A DNA stretch of 63,963 bases, filler included, from Octopus bimaculoides (GCF_001194135.2; 7 parts of 6 records of this genome joined end to end with filler, not necessarily neighbours in it), one strand, 5' to 3'; numbered from the whole stretch's first letter, positions 25,531-40,400 are shown. Numbers and translations are program-made. Notes: a model not told the origin generated them from the letters alone.

Positions 25531-26319
25531 CAATGCTCAACAACAGCAATAATAATGATTATCTTTCTTATTTTACTCATACTCACATCTTATTTTTACC
25601 AAGTTTACATAATCTGTTGATACAAATTTTCTCTATATTCTTCCTCAAATGCTTTATGCAGTCTCCATTCCTTTGCATTCCTCTACAAACACTACACTTT
25701 GTTCCTTAGTGCTTCTCTATACATACTGCAGATACATTTGTATTCTTCTGCAAACACCATACAGGATCTGTTCATTGCATAAGGATTTAGACAGACAAAC
25801 AAATAAACAGACAGATAGATAGATAGATAGATAGATGGATAGATAGATAGTTAGACAGGCAGGCAGGCAGGCAGAGACACTGACAGGCAATCAGGCAGGC
25901 AGGCTGGCAGAGAAACAGACAGACAGAAAGATAGATAGAGATGGATGGCTGGACAAACCAATGGACAGACGGATGGATGGACGAACACAGAGACAGAGAG
26001 ATAGATAGATAGGTATGTAGGTAAATTGAGAGATAGATAGATAGGTATGTAGGTAAATTGAGAGATAGATATTGATAGGTATACAGGTAATTAGATTGAT
26101 AAATAAACTTATAGGTTAATTGATTCATATGTATATAGGTAAGAGAGATAAATAGGTAGATTGATTGGCAGGTAGATAAATAAATAGTAAATTGATAAGT
26201 AGGTATAGAGGTAGAGAAATTGATTGCTAGGTATATGGATAGATTGATAGATAAATAGATAGATCAATTGGTAAAAAGATAGTTGTATAATATATGTATA
26301 TATTCAGTATATACAAATA

Positions 26320-26405
<86 letters not shown>

Positions 26406-26599
26406 TGTGTATTTGTGTGGATATATATATGTATAGATATATATATACATGTGTGTGTGTTTGTGTATGGATATATATATGTATATATATGTTTATTTTC
26501 ATGCATACATACATATATGCATGCATAGATATGTACATACATACATTTATGTGTATATATGTATGCATATATGTATGCATGCAATGCGTAGATTGATTG

Positions 26600-28000
26600 A
26601 TAGGTGCAGAGTCTATTGAGCCAGACTTTGTCAAAAGCTACTTTGATGTCCAGAACTATAACACATTCTTCCTGACCTTTGTGCAAGTAATTGTTCCTGT
26701 GAGATGATATTCATTGTGAAAAGGTCTACTTGTTATGGTTTGGTAGGAAGCTGAATTGCTTTCTAGAAATTAGATTTTTCAGCAAATAGCTTTGTAGTCA
26801 CTTGCGGATATTTAATTCCAATATATTGACGATGACAACGATGATGATGTGAAGCAGCAATGTAATAGGTTCGTAGTGTGATGGATCAATTCTGAATTCA
26901 CTCTCATCCATTACATCACAGATGTGATTGACCGTTGGTTTGGAAATATGTCACAAATACTAAATAGAGAAATGTGAAATGCATGATAGAAGGGACTGGA
27001 TAATACCTTACAATTTTTGAGGGTCAGGTTTGGCTTTGTCAAGTTTCAGTTCCTGTTATCAGCTTCATCTTTTCTTTTGAAGATCACATTGTGTCAGAAG
27101 ATTACTCAATGTTTTGTTTGTTTGTTGGTCTCCCACTTGATATGCAATACTTTTCTGTCAAGACCCAAAAGTAGACATTGGCTCAAACTGTTGTCATTAA
27201 GTATGGAGTTGCATTGTTATGAAAGTGGCATGTTCTTCCAGAGAAAATTTATATTGCTCCTTCATTTTAATACTAATGTCATTTGTAAAGTTTTTTCTCA
27301 ATCTTGCATTATGTCACATTTTTACCTAAGCTTATATTTGATTCTCACTGCATCACACACATGCAAACTTTTGTTTGCCAACTAGTGTAGGACATTCCTT
27401 TGTAGATAGAATGTCTTCAACATTTATCATGAAACTAAGGCTTAATCATCATTTTTTCTTTCTTTTTATTACATTTTACTGAAGACTATCCCTAGGCTAG
27501 CCTTTATTTTTTTATCTTTTATTTGTTCGATCATTAGACTATGGTCATGCTGAGGCACCATCTTTGCTATGTTCAGATATGTTTTATAACTGCTGCAGTC
27601 TAAGTGCATGTTTTCTCAGAATTCTTTTCCTTAAACATAGTTGATCAGTCAATTAGTTTATCTCCCTAAATTTTTCTCATTTATGGCAACCAATATTCCT
27701 CTAAGTTCATCTCAAATCAACAGAACATCAAGTTTCACCAGCAGAAGGTTAGCTTCTAAGATATTTAGATGTGTTAGAATTGTAGCAGATGCAGGTAAAT
27801 CTAATGAAAGAAGATCAAGTAAATTGTCCCCTTCTGTTTGTTCATTAATAATTTGTTGTACACTAAAGCAGTACCAAACAACAGCATTTGTGGCTCACCT
27901 ACCAATCCAGTCATAATGGTGAACATTAAAGTCTCTTACAAACATAACAGTTTGCCTAATGTAGTTATATGCCTAATAACTGTGGATTTAAATTTCACAG
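26600..28000 (-). mobile_element. Degenerate CR1-like LINE (APE endonuclease to RT)
   Basis: QQIINEQTEGDNLLDL (APE); AKPDPQKL..IIQSLLS; ISRKQFSFLPNH; KGQEECVIVLDIKVAFDKVW (RT). Confidence 0.75.
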
Positions 28001-28507
28001 TTTCGCAGCTGTCAGTTTTGAGTAAGGTAACTCATTGCCACTGAGAGAATAATGACAGTTAAAATTATGGTTTAATCAGTCCCGTTTTATTGCTTCTATT
28101 GAAGTTATATAAATATGACAGGTGTTTAAACTGTCTAATGTATCCAATAAATTTAAATTAATTTATAAATGCAGTAATGGGTAAAATCGATGGATTTATC
28201 CCACAGTAAAGTTTAGGATAAAAGACTGTACACTGAAATCAATCATATTTAGGAAATTATATATCTAAGGTGCTTTATTTATATTCACAGATTAGAGGAA
28301 GACTACGCATGAGAGTCATTTCTTGGATTTGTGAACTCCTAATCAATTAAATCAAGATAAACAGAGCCTAAAGACTGAGAGTGAGAAACCATTGATACTT
28401 TACATGATATATTAACTCATGTTGTTTTATAAATACAAATACACTACTCTATATTTCTGCATTGGATGGAATATATTTTTTAATGTTTTAGATATCTAGG
28501 ATACAAT

Positions 28508-28569
<62 letters not shown>

Positions 28570-28587
28570 GGATGGATAGATGGATGG

Positions 28588-28618
<31 letters not shown>

Positions 28619-28648
28619 TGTATGTATGTATGTATGTATGTATTTTGT

Positions 28649-28748
28649 NNNNNNNNNNNNNNNNNNNNNNNNNNNNNNNNNNNNNNNNNNNNTTAATTAA
28701 TTAANNNNNNNNNNNNNNNNNNNNNNNNNNNNNNNNNNNNNNNNNNNN
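28649..28748. other. Artificial 100-bp scaffold spacer (N44-TTAATTAATTAA-N44)
   Basis: The same 12-mer sits inside N runs at 28693, 42921, 45324, 53226, 56205 and 62685. Confidence 0.9.
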
Positions 28749-28815
<67 letters not shown>

Positions 28816-28965
28816 CAACATTTACAGCAGAAACATAAGGTAAAACTACATTTTTCCATTTTGTAGTTGCCTTTATATCTTCCTCAACAAGTTTTTTTCA
28901 GTTTATAAACACACACGTTAACGCACAGGTTGACTTACATATATAATATACACACACGAATATAA

Positions 28966-29009
<44 letters not shown>

Positions 29010-29092
29010 GTACATACGTAAATATGTAGGCATCTTTTATTATTTTATATCTATCTATATATGTATCTCTCTCTCGCTCTCTCTCTCTCTAA

Positions 29093-29138
<46 letters not shown>

Positions 29139-29329
29139 CGAGGGTTGTCTGTGTGTGTGTGTCTGTATAAGTATTGTTTATATATGAGTGTAGTTTACGC
29201 GTGCATATACATATATATGTAGCTGAGTCGGTCTATTCATCTATCTACATATGTGTGTGTGAGCGTGTGTGCTTGCGTGTTTATATGTATATATATGTAC
29301 GTATATGTGCATATGTGTGTGTCGATATT

Positions 29330-29385
<56 letters not shown>

Positions 29386-30432
29386 TATACACATATATAT
29401 ATATATATAAATATATATATATGCATACGCACACATATATCAGTGATATAGATATAAACGATTTTGGCAGAAATATGTGAATAATTTAGGGTTGTTTTAT
29501 AAAAGGGTAGCCTTTACTTTATATCATTATGATGGTAGATTGCTATGAAGGTTCGAAGCTCCTTTTATGGAAATCTATCAACGTCTTGTTAATAATTTTT
29601 CTTGACTTAATATCTTATGCGCGAACTTATATATGTGCATTATTAGTGATTGATTTTCTTCACAATATAGCCGTTCACTTTATATACAGTAATATTTTAT
29701 TTAAAGGATATTTCACTGCTGCTTTCTATCCATCCTCACCAATTTATATAGACTCCTCAACCAATGAATTTAACAAATCCCTTGACGATATAAAACCATG
29801 ATTTACGAAAAGCATAAAAAATTAACTGTTTATTCAGGCCCACGATTCGGCCGTCACTTTCAACTGGAGCGATTTTAATAGCTTCCAATTATTATGTTTT
29901 TGTTTATTTTTCAGCAAATTAACTCTGCTGAAGTTGTAGGTTAAAATGTGAAATATAACAAAGAAAAAACGCAAAGGTATCACGTTTTGCGCTCTACCGA
30001 TTTAGTGTTTGAGGAAGATTTTTCGATTTTATAGGAAGGCGGATAAAGTTAAAACGCAAAGGATCAAATCGAATTCGTGGTTGCTCAAAAGTATGTCGGT
30101 GCGGTTGAGGTGAGCTTGTATTTTTTGAATGGATAAAGATTAGGATTTATAAAGGACAAGCATAGACACGTACTGATATTATCAAGAATTATTGTGGATT
30201 TGCATGCGCGTATTTATATACGAATTCATTGCGTATTAACATACCCACACACATATATATATATACATACGTCCATATATGTGTGTGTGTATCTGTATGT
30301 ACATATATATATATATATATGCATGTATACGTTATACACATACGTATGTATATATACACATATATATGTGTATATTATAACATACATACACCCACAAAAT
30401 TATCCTTCTCTTTTACACACAATCTGTATGTG

Positions 30433-30474
<42 letters not shown>

Positions 30475-30667
30475 TACACAGACGTACACACACAAACACA
30501 CATATACAAATGCTGATTTTCATGTATAGTTAGATTTAAAACAACTACACATGAAAATGAAGCATTCAATACATTTTAGCAAATATGAATTTATACAAGG
30601 GAAAATTTAGCAGTGACTTCCAACTTCTAAATTAATGTCGTTCATTACCCAGGAAGACAGACAGATC

Positions 30668-30744
<77 letters not shown>

Positions 30745-31720
30745 GTAGGTAGGTAGGTAGACAGACCTACAAACACAAACACATAGATACTTACACACAC
30801 ATAAACATACATATACAAGTGTAACAACGATTTTAGGGAAACCTTTAGTTCCGCAGCATTTCCAGATTTCTGATTGCTCCGAACATGGGCTAGTGGCGTT
30901 GATCATCGTACTCTAAATAAAACAAATACTAACACATGTTTAAATGATTAAATGATACACAGGTACCTGTGTACCATTTAGTATAAATAACGAAAATTTT
31001 AACTGTAATGTATTGTAGAAGAAGCAAGTCTGTGCAAAGTACCCACAAATAAGTCTGGTGATATCGGCAATTTGATGTCCTTGCTCGTAAATAATTGTAG
31101 ATATTGTGAGAGTTTCCGGAAATATGAGAGTCCGAAAAGTCGATTTGTACCTCTTCATATATGCACACATACATACATACATACATACATACATACATAC
31201 ATACATACATACATACGTAATATATATATACATATATGTGTATATATATATATATAATACATATACATATACATATATATATATANNNNNNNNNNNNNNN
31301 NNNNNNNNNNNNNNNNNNNNNNNNNNNNNNNNNNNNNNNNNNNNNNNNNNNNNNNNNNNNNNNNNNNNNNNNNNNNNNNNNNNNNNNNNNNNNNNNNNNN
31401 NNNNNNNNNNNNNNNNNNNNNNNNNNNNNNNNNNNNNNNNNNNNNNNNNNNNNNNNNNNNNNNNNNNNNNNNNNNNNNNNNNNNNNNNNNNNNNNNNNNN
31501 NNNNNNNNNNNNNNNNNNNNNNNNNNNNNNNNNNNNNNNNNNNNNNNNNNNNNNNNNNNNNNNNNNNNNNNNNNNNNNNNNNNNNNNNNNNNNNNNNNNN
31601 NNNNNNNNNNNNNNNNNNNNNNNNNNNNNNNNNNNNNNNNNNNNNNNNNNNNNNNNNNNNNNNNNNNNNNNNNNNNNNNNNNNNNNNNNNNNNNNNNNNN
31701 NNNNNNNNNNNNNNNNNNNN

Positions 31721-31752
<32 letters not shown>

Positions 31753-32146
31753 CACTCACAGATGCGCATACACACACACACACACACGTACAAACACGCA
31801 TTGAAATGAAGTGGCAGTTGATGTATGATATTATAACAAACGTTACCGTATCCCATGCGTGTGTATGCCTGTGTCTGTGTGTTTGCATGCCGGCCGCTTG
31901 TTTGCCTAGCGAGCGTAGAAGGAATAATAAAGACCGCCAAATTCAACGTTACAAATGTTATAATAAACACATAATGAGCTCTTTATATGAATATACATTT
32001 ACACACCCATACATACTTACACACACGCATATTGATAACATATATACACATACATATGTCTATATGCATATATGTATGTGTGTTTGTGTGAGTGCGTATG
32101 TATGTACCTTATCTAGACTTACGTGCATCTATAACTACCTATCTAT

Positions 32147-32224
<78 letters not shown>

Positions 32225-32324
32225 GTCTGTCTGTCTGTCTGTCTCTCTAATTACACAGACTTATAATATGTGTGTGTCTGGGTGAGTACATACATGCATA
32301 TTTNNNNNNNNNNNNNNNNNNNNN

Positions 32325-32370
<46 letters not shown>

Positions 32371-32569
32371 GTAAATGCATATGTATATGTATATATATAT
32401 ATAGAGAGAGAGAGAAATATATACATCTGTGTATGTGTGTGTGTGTATATATAAATATATATATATATATATATACATATCTACACTTATGCATGAATGT
32501 GTGTATCAATATGCCAATATGCTTTGTGGTGTAACATATGTTTGCGAGCCACCCTTGTAGATTAGACAC

Positions 32570-32624
32570 ATGGGAAGGCTGGGTGTGGTCGGCATGGTTG
32601 CTATTTTCTTTGAAGTTCTGAAAG
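32570..32624 (+). CDS. Candidate signal-peptide exon (possibly first coding exon of the ITIH-like gene)
   Basis: cccttgtag| acceptor at 32560; MGRLGVVGMVAIFFEVLK then a phase-1 donor AAG|gttaca (weak). Confidence 0.25.
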
Positions 32625-32701
32625 GTTACATTTTTGTGGGAAAGAGTGATACAAACACACACACACACACGCACACATAATATAATAAAACACACACACA
32701 T

Positions 32702-32778
<77 letters not shown>

Positions 32779-33251
32779 GATATATGTGTGTGTGCATGTG
32801 TATATGCGTATGTTTGTGCGTTTGTGTGTGCGTATATAAATATACATACATACACATAAACACATATTTATGCATTTAATTATCTACATTATTCAATTTT
32901 TGCGTCACTTTCCCTCTCTCCATACACACAGCTGCAGATATATATGCACTCGCACACACACACACACATACACATTGTGTGTGTGTGTTTGTGTGTGCGT
33001 ATGTTTGTGTGTGTGTGTGCGGTTATATGTATACAAAAATCTATATATATATATAAATTTTAGTTATATATTTATATGTATATAAATATATACATACACC
33101 ACACGCATATACAAATCGCTATAAATTATATTAGTCATAATTTCAATTACAGACAAAGAGGATCTAAAATAAATTTTATTCCCTCCAAACCCATTTGTCT
33201 CTCTCCTTTTTCTCTCCCCTTTATTTCTCTTTCTTTTCACATTATATATAT

Positions 33252-33302
<51 letters not shown>

Positions 33303-34198
33303 NNNNNNNNNNNNNNNNNNNNNNNNNNNNNNNNNNNNNNNNNNNNNNNNNNNNNNNNNNNNNNNNNNNNNNNNNNNNNNNNNNNNNNNNNNNNNNNNNN
33401 NNNNNNNNNNNNNNNNNNNNNNNNNNNNNNNNNNNNNNNNNNNNNNNNNNNNNNNNNNNNNNNNNNNNNNNNNNNNNNNNNNNNNNNNNNNNNNNNNNNN
33501 NNNNNNNNNNNNNNNNNNNNNNNNNNNNNNNNNNNNNNNNNNNNNNNNNNNNNNNNNNNNNNNNNNNNNNNNNNNNNNNNNNNNNNNNNNNNNNNNNNNN
33601 NNNNNNNNNNNNNNNNNNNNNNNNNNNNNNNNNNNNNNNNNNNNNNNNNNNNNNNNNNNNNNNNNNNNNNNNNNNNNNNNNNNNNNNNNNNNNNNNNNNN
33701 NNNNNNNNNNNNNNNNNNNNNNNNNNNNNNNNNNNNNNNNNNNNNNNNNNNNNNNNNNNNNNNNNNNNNNNNNNNNNNNNNNNNNNNNNNNNNNNNNNNN
33801 NNNNNNNNNNNNNNNNNNNNNNNNNNNNNNNNNNNNNNNNNNNNNNNNNNNNNNNNNNNNNNNNNNNNNNNNNNNNNNNNNNNNNNNNNNNNNNNNNNNN
33901 NNNNNNNNNNNNNNNNNNNNNNNNNNNNNNNNNNNNNNNNNNNNNNNNNNNNNNNNNNNNNNNNNNNNNNNNNNNATATATGTATGTATGTATGTATGTA
34001 TGCATGTATATGTTTGTGTGTCTGTGTTTGTCCCCCACCAACATCGCTTGACAACCGATGCTGGTGTGTTTACGCCCCCGTAACTTAGCGGTTCCGCAAA
34101 AGTGACTGATAGAATAAATACTAGGGGTTGATTTTGCTCGACTAAAGGTGGTGCTCCGGCATGGCTGCAGTCAAAAGACTAAAACAAATAAAAGAATT

Positions 34199-34242
<44 letters not shown>

Positions 34243-35039
34243 AACAATATATGAGTATATGCATATGTATATCTATGTATATGTATATGTATATATATAT
34301 ACATATATATGTCTATATATAGACACATACCTACATACATACATACATATATGTGTATGTATATATATACACACACACATACACATATAAGAAGATATAC
34401 TTGGAAACGTACATACACCGTTTGTCCTCGTCTTTCTGGCGCTATCAAATCGTTACATAATATCACTCGTTTTATATTGTACAGATATTCATATATAAAG
34501 ATGTATATGTATATGTATATATATACACACTTGCATATTTGTGTGTGTGTGAGTGTATGTGTGTGTGTTATTTATGCGCACATATATGACAAATATATAA
34601 CCATATATTCAAATACTACATATCTACACAATCTTTTCTTTGTCCTTCTCACATGCTCTTTCCCTCCCGCATTACATACACGCACGCACACACTCACACA
34701 CGCACACATACACACACACATGCACACATACACATGCACACACAACGAGTTAAGGTGAACGGATTATATATTTGGTTGGTGTGTGAGAGGAGGAAAGCTA
34801 CATTAAGGACTTATGCTGTGAAAGGAGAAAGATAGCTTTGATGTTAAAACAATTAATCGACATTCTTTTGATTAAATTTAAGCGCTGCCATTAAAGCTTC
34901 TCTTATGTTTATATTCAGGAGCCACTTCTATACTCTATATAGCTCCATATACCACTCCTTAATATCTTCCTAGGTCCAGTCTACTAATAGCCCCTCTCTC
35001 TCTCTGAGTCAGTCGTCCTCTCTTCTTTCCCTCTCATTC

Positions 35040-35370
35040 GCGCAAGTCCTGAAATTTCAGAGGATGGGGATTAGCCGATTACATCAAGTGGTACTAATTT
35101 TATCTATCTCGAAAGGATGAAAGGCGAAGTCGACAGTGGTATTTGAACTCAGAACGTAAAGAACCGGAAGAAATGCCACTAAGCATTTTATGTGATACGC
35201 TAACGATTTCGCCTGCTAGCCGTCTTTGCGCCTGCTCCTTCATAATGGCTTCTGATTTAGCCCAATAGTTTTGAGAGAATGGGATTAGTCAATCCGATCG
35301 ATCAGTATACTTGACTGGTTCTTTATCCTATCAATCTCGAAAAGACGAAAGATACAGTTGACTTCAATGG
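35040..35370 (-). mobile_element. Two family B SINE remnants
   Basis: CGAAAGGATGAAAGGCGAAGTCGAC...TTTGAACTCAGAACGT, reverse complement of the family B core. Confidence 0.65.
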
Positions 35371-35394
35371 TCTCTGTCTTCGAATATGTTTCTA

Positions 35395-35651
35395 TTGGGT
35401 TGGTGCATAATTATTGCGGCTTTTTTTCAACAAACTTTATTTAACAAAAGCAATAACAATATTTAACAAAAACATCTTTAAAAGACGGTCTGACCGTCTG
35501 CCAAGCAAATGGGAAGCAGTAATTGAAGTAGATGGTAAATATGCTCCGGAATAATCATTTAAAGATGTTTGTATTACATGTTGTTATCGTTTTTGTTGAA
35601 TAAAATTCGTTGAAAAAAAAAAAAAGCCGCAATAATTATGCACCAACCCAA
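35395..35651 (+). mobile_element. 257-bp mariner-derived MITE
   Basis: TA|TTGGGTTGGTGCATAATTATTGCGGC...GCCGCAATAATTATGCACCAACCCAA|TA; interior DRLPSKWEAVIEVDGKYAPE* is a transposase C-terminus. Confidence 0.92.
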
Positions 35652-36144
35652 TATCATTCATAACCACATCCGCTTATACGACGGTTTCTTTCACGTTCAC
35701 AAATACTCACACTGTTGGATTGGCAAAATCAGCCAATCGCAGGACAAAATGCCTTGTCGTAGTTGTACTGGGTCTTTATGTTATGAGTTCAAATCCTGTC
35801 GAGATCACTTCGTTTTTCATTCTTTCGCGGTCGATAAAATAAAGTGTCCACTGAAAGACTGGAGAAGATTTAATGGAGTTACCTCGATCTCTAAATTTCT
35901 GGCCTTATACGTCAATCAGAAGCAGTCTATTTACACTCAACACTCACATAGGCACTCATACACAATTACATACATACATACATACATACATATATTTATA
36001 TTGTTATTGCCGTCTTTATCTAAAGTGTCTCCTCGAGTTCGCCCACCAGTGAGCGGAGCGTCTTGATGCCACTGTAATAACTAGTCGAGTTGTTTATGGG
36101 TTCAGGCTGCAGAAAGAGAGAGAGATATAGATAGATAGATAGAG

Positions 36145-36217
<73 letters not shown>

Positions 36218-37533
36218 GAGACCTACTGGGTAAACCACGCCGTTTTTACACAGCGAGGCTGAACGTATGTTTATTAAACGTATGTTAAGTTCTGTTTACA
36301 GTTTATCTACACGCATAAACTTGTCTCATGACTTTAGTTCTGTTGATAGATTATAGCTTCATTATATATACACTGCCAAAGAATGTACTGACACATAAAT
36401 GAATAAAATCCGTGCATGCTACACATAGCATTTTTCATAAAACATCTCTAAAATGTCTAGTCGCTATGTAGGACGAATTGGTGCTCACATCCATAATAAT
36501 GTGCATGTGTTAGGATGTATGCTTGTCTGTTTTTGCAGAGAAAAGATAGAAACTATCACTAAGTTATGTTTTTATTCTAAAACTATGTGATAATACATTA
36601 TGTTTTCCCATTTTCTTCTCTCTTCTTATTGTCTCTTCCTATCTCATTTCTGATTCAAAATAAAGACGTCAGCTTAGAGAATATTATATTATCAATTAAT
36701 TGAATATTTATTTTTCTGTAATTTCATGTTGAAAGCATACAACTACAGGATCAAGTTTGTCCTTAGACATGGAACCAGTGAGAAATATTAAATATTCAAT
36801 GAATGATCAATATGATATCTTGAGTTGTTTATGATTATACGTCTGAGAGAGACAAAAACCCAAATAATTTTTACAGCTTCCCTCTCGTAAGCGATAAATG
36901 GATGAACGAATAGTTGAACTGCTTATATAGAGACATATAGATTCTTTACATGATATAACCTGTAATTAATCGCTCAACCTACTGGAAACGAGAGCCCAAT
37001 TCCCTCAAATACATTCTACAATCGAAAAACAAACAAAAAAAAACACAAACATTGCCGTTCCTGATATGCAAAATGATGATTTGGTTGCTGCTCGAATGAC
37101 ATAGATCATACTCAATCAGACGAGATCTAGGGTTTCACAGCACCCCCCCCCATATATATATATATATANNNNNNNNNNNNNNNNNNNNNNNNNNNNNNNN
37201 NNNNNNNNNNNNNNNNNNNNNNNNNNNNNNNNNNNNNNNNNNNNNNNNNNNNNNNNNNNNNNNNNNNNNNNNNNNNNNNNNNNNNNNNNNNNNNNNNNNN
37301 NNNNNNNNNNNNNNNNNNNNNNNNNNNNNNNNNNNNNNNNNNNNNNNNNNNNNNNNNNNNNNNNNNNNNNNNNNNNNNNNNNNNNNNNNNNNNNNNNNNN
37401 NNNNNNNNNNNNNNNNNNNNNNNNNNNNNNNNNNNNNNNNNNNNNNNNNNNNNNNNNNNNNNNNNNNNNNNNNNNNNNNNNNNNNNNNNGTGTGTGTGTG
37501 TGTGCGGCAAATAGTATCACTAGAATTGGAAAG

Positions 37534-37763
37534 GTGGTAAGCTGGCAGAAACGTTAGCACGCCGGGCGAAATGCTTAGCGGTATTTCGTCTGCCGTTACG
37601 TTCTGAGTTCAAATTCCGCCGAGGTCGACTTTGCCTTTCATCCTTTCGGGGTCGATAAATTAAGTACCAGTTACGCACTGGGGTCGATGTAATCGACTTA
37701 ATCACTTTGTCTGTCCTTGTTCGTCCCCTCTATGTTTAGCCCCTTGTGGGCAATAAATAAATA
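37534..37763 (+). mobile_element. Young family B SINE with 12-bp TSD
   Basis: Head GTGGTAAGCTGGCAGAAACG, B box GAGTTCAAATTCC, (AATA)n tail; TSD AGAATTGGAAAG at 37522-37533 and 37764-37775. Confidence 0.9.
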
Positions 37764-37778
37764 AGAATTGGAAAGTAG

Positions 37779-37919
37779 ATTCTCAGAAAGTATTCTCTAA
37801 CAAATGACCAAGGATTTGCACGGATCTATGGCAACAAAACATCTGAGGAAACGGTTTCTGTTTATCAGCACAAAGTCATGCATGGTTATACCGTGATAAA
37901 ACTTCATATGCTTTTAATG
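37779..37919 (+). pseudogene. Probable remnant of an ITIH vWA-domain exon
   Basis: ILRKYSLTNDQGFARIY resembles the ITIH motif FLEKLSLENHGFARRIY; collinear with downstream ITIH exons; in-frame TAG at 37776-37778 and no clean splice sites. Confidence 0.45.
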
Positions 37920-38599
37920 TAATATGCATACAAAATCACACGTGACTATAGAATATGTAATAAAGACTAATCAAACACACATGCACAAACGTGTGTGCTG
38001 AACAGGCATGTGTAAAATTCAATACACGTGTGCAGCTCTATTCACACATTTGCTTATAAATATTCACAGACTAAGTTTCTCAGGTTAACAAATCCCTTCA
38101 AACATCTTCCCTTTGTTACCGGTCATTCTGCGAAATATTAAAGTACTTAAATAAACTCATAGAAAGACATACGTATATAATACATAGATGCATACGTACA
38201 TACATACATTTATACATACATACATACATATATGCATACATACATACATGCATACATACATACATACATATATGCATACATACATACGTACATACATACA
38301 TGCATGCATACATACGTACATACATACATACATACATGCATGCATACATACATAATACATACATAATACATACATAATACATACATGCATACATGCATAC
38401 ATGCATACATGCATACATACATACATACATAATACATACATACATACATAATGCATACATATATACATACATACGTACATACATACAAGCATATCTTACT
38501 AACATATCAAGCTCGCATAAATTCATAAATTCCAATGAGTTAGAAATCGGTTGTTTTTATTATTGGAGGGAAGTATAAAAAAAATTAAAATCACACGAC

Positions 38600-38653
<54 letters not shown>

Positions 38654-39852
38654 CACAATGATAAAGAGACTATGCTGAATCTCTTTATGACATCAACTAT
38701 ATATGTGAGTTTCTTATCCACACTCCAACCTAACTTGTAAAGATTACACGAATGCAGTGCTCTAGCGTTGTTTTGTCCGCAATGGTTTATGAAGACTAAA
38801 GAAATTATATAGATATACACATAAATATATATAATCTCAATTATAGATTGATTTACATTTAGATATGTGAAGAAAACTATTTACGTACGCATTCACAAAC
38901 ATTAATCATTCATAGACACGCCACCCTATCTAATACATCTCCTGATATCGTTTTTTACATACCACTCTGTTGATATAACGTTCTATATCAACATATATTT
39001 ATCGCTGAATAAACATATAGGTATACTTATTTATTTATATATTTATTTATATGTGTGTGCTTAAACACACACATGTATATAGATATAGAATATAAATGTA
39101 AGGATATATGAATAGAAGTATGAGATGTACAGGCATATGTATATATGAACAATACTGAAGTAAAGTTGAAAAATGCGACAAAATTTTCTCATATATATAA
39201 ATATATAAATAAATAAATAAATAAATAAATATATACATATATATATATATATATAATTTAGATAATGAGGGTGATAAATTGAATATTAATTTGATTAACG
39301 TCAATTTAAACCAGTGGCCTAGCATATAGAAAAATCTGAAAATTCAGAAAAATTGTATTACATACGTATAAGAAGGGATGACCACTAAGTGGACATCCAT
39401 TATGCTAGAAATAGATCACATACGGTCTGACCACAAAGAAAAGATTGTTCTCAAGAGAAATTCGGCAAACACCAGAACGTAAGCGGGCAAGACAAATGAA
39501 AATATAAAAATACAGAATTAATCGTAGACCGGTTTCGCCATTAACGAAATTTACCTACGTAAATGTCCGTGGCTCATCAGTATGACCGTTCTAAATCAAT
39601 ATAATTTGCAGAAGTATACACGAGTTGTCCTCATAAAAATTAGACATGCATATAGTTCTACCAATTACATTGGGGTTATTTTTCAAATGTCTTCGTTCCG
39701 GCGCGCTATATATATGTAATTATTTGGACTTTGGGTATGTCTATTAGTATGTCGATTAAAGCACATTCACCATTTGTACTACCTGATGTCATCCACAGTA
39801 GCGATATAGTTTTCACTGGATCTACGCCAAGAAACACTGTGTGTGTGTATAT

Positions 39853-39936
<84 letters not shown>

Positions 39937-39939
<3 letters not shown>

Positions 39940-40400
39940 AGCAGTAATACCCGTCGTTGATTGGGTAATTACTTTTGCTATTTCTCGGGAGGCACATTTA
40001 AAATATTATTATATATATAATTTACTCTTCCTGTATGTGTGTATTTTTATAAGAGAAAAAATTGTAATAAATGAAGCAGAAAGAAGATCAATTTCATACA
40101 TGAACCTCCTTAGACAATAATAAATGAGTTGTATGTGTTATGTAATGACAATTATATAATGCAGTTCATTTAAATAGGTAATTTAGTCATTCGTCAAGGA
40201 GGACTGAAAGATTCAGTTTCGAATCTGAACCAGGGCGAGACTACTCCTACAGATTTAGTTTTACTCCTCCTGTATGAGTTCATTTTACGAGAAAACATGT
40301 AATAATTGAAGTAGAAAGAAATTGGTGTCATTCACGTTAAGTTATTGAAGTATTTACGTTCTTTATAAACAATGTTTTTTGTTTTATTTCCGGGTGCATA
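39937..40400 (+). mobile_element. Possible non-autonomous Helitron-like repeat with an internal ~80-bp duplication
   Basis: Starts ACTAGCAGTAATACCCGTCGTTG after a microsatellite; degenerate direct repeat 40021-40100/40260-40337; similar start ACTAGCTGACATACCCGG at 46167. Confidence 0.35.

Noticed and set aside
29529-29801. 90-aa hydrophobic ORF
   Set aside because: Composition expected from T-rich DNA; no domain or splice support.
31091-31150. IVRVSGNMRVRKV resembling the vWA DxSGSM motif
   Set aside because: Lacks the Asp, is preceded by stops, is a degenerate short tandem repeat, and lies upstream of the candidate signal-peptide exon.
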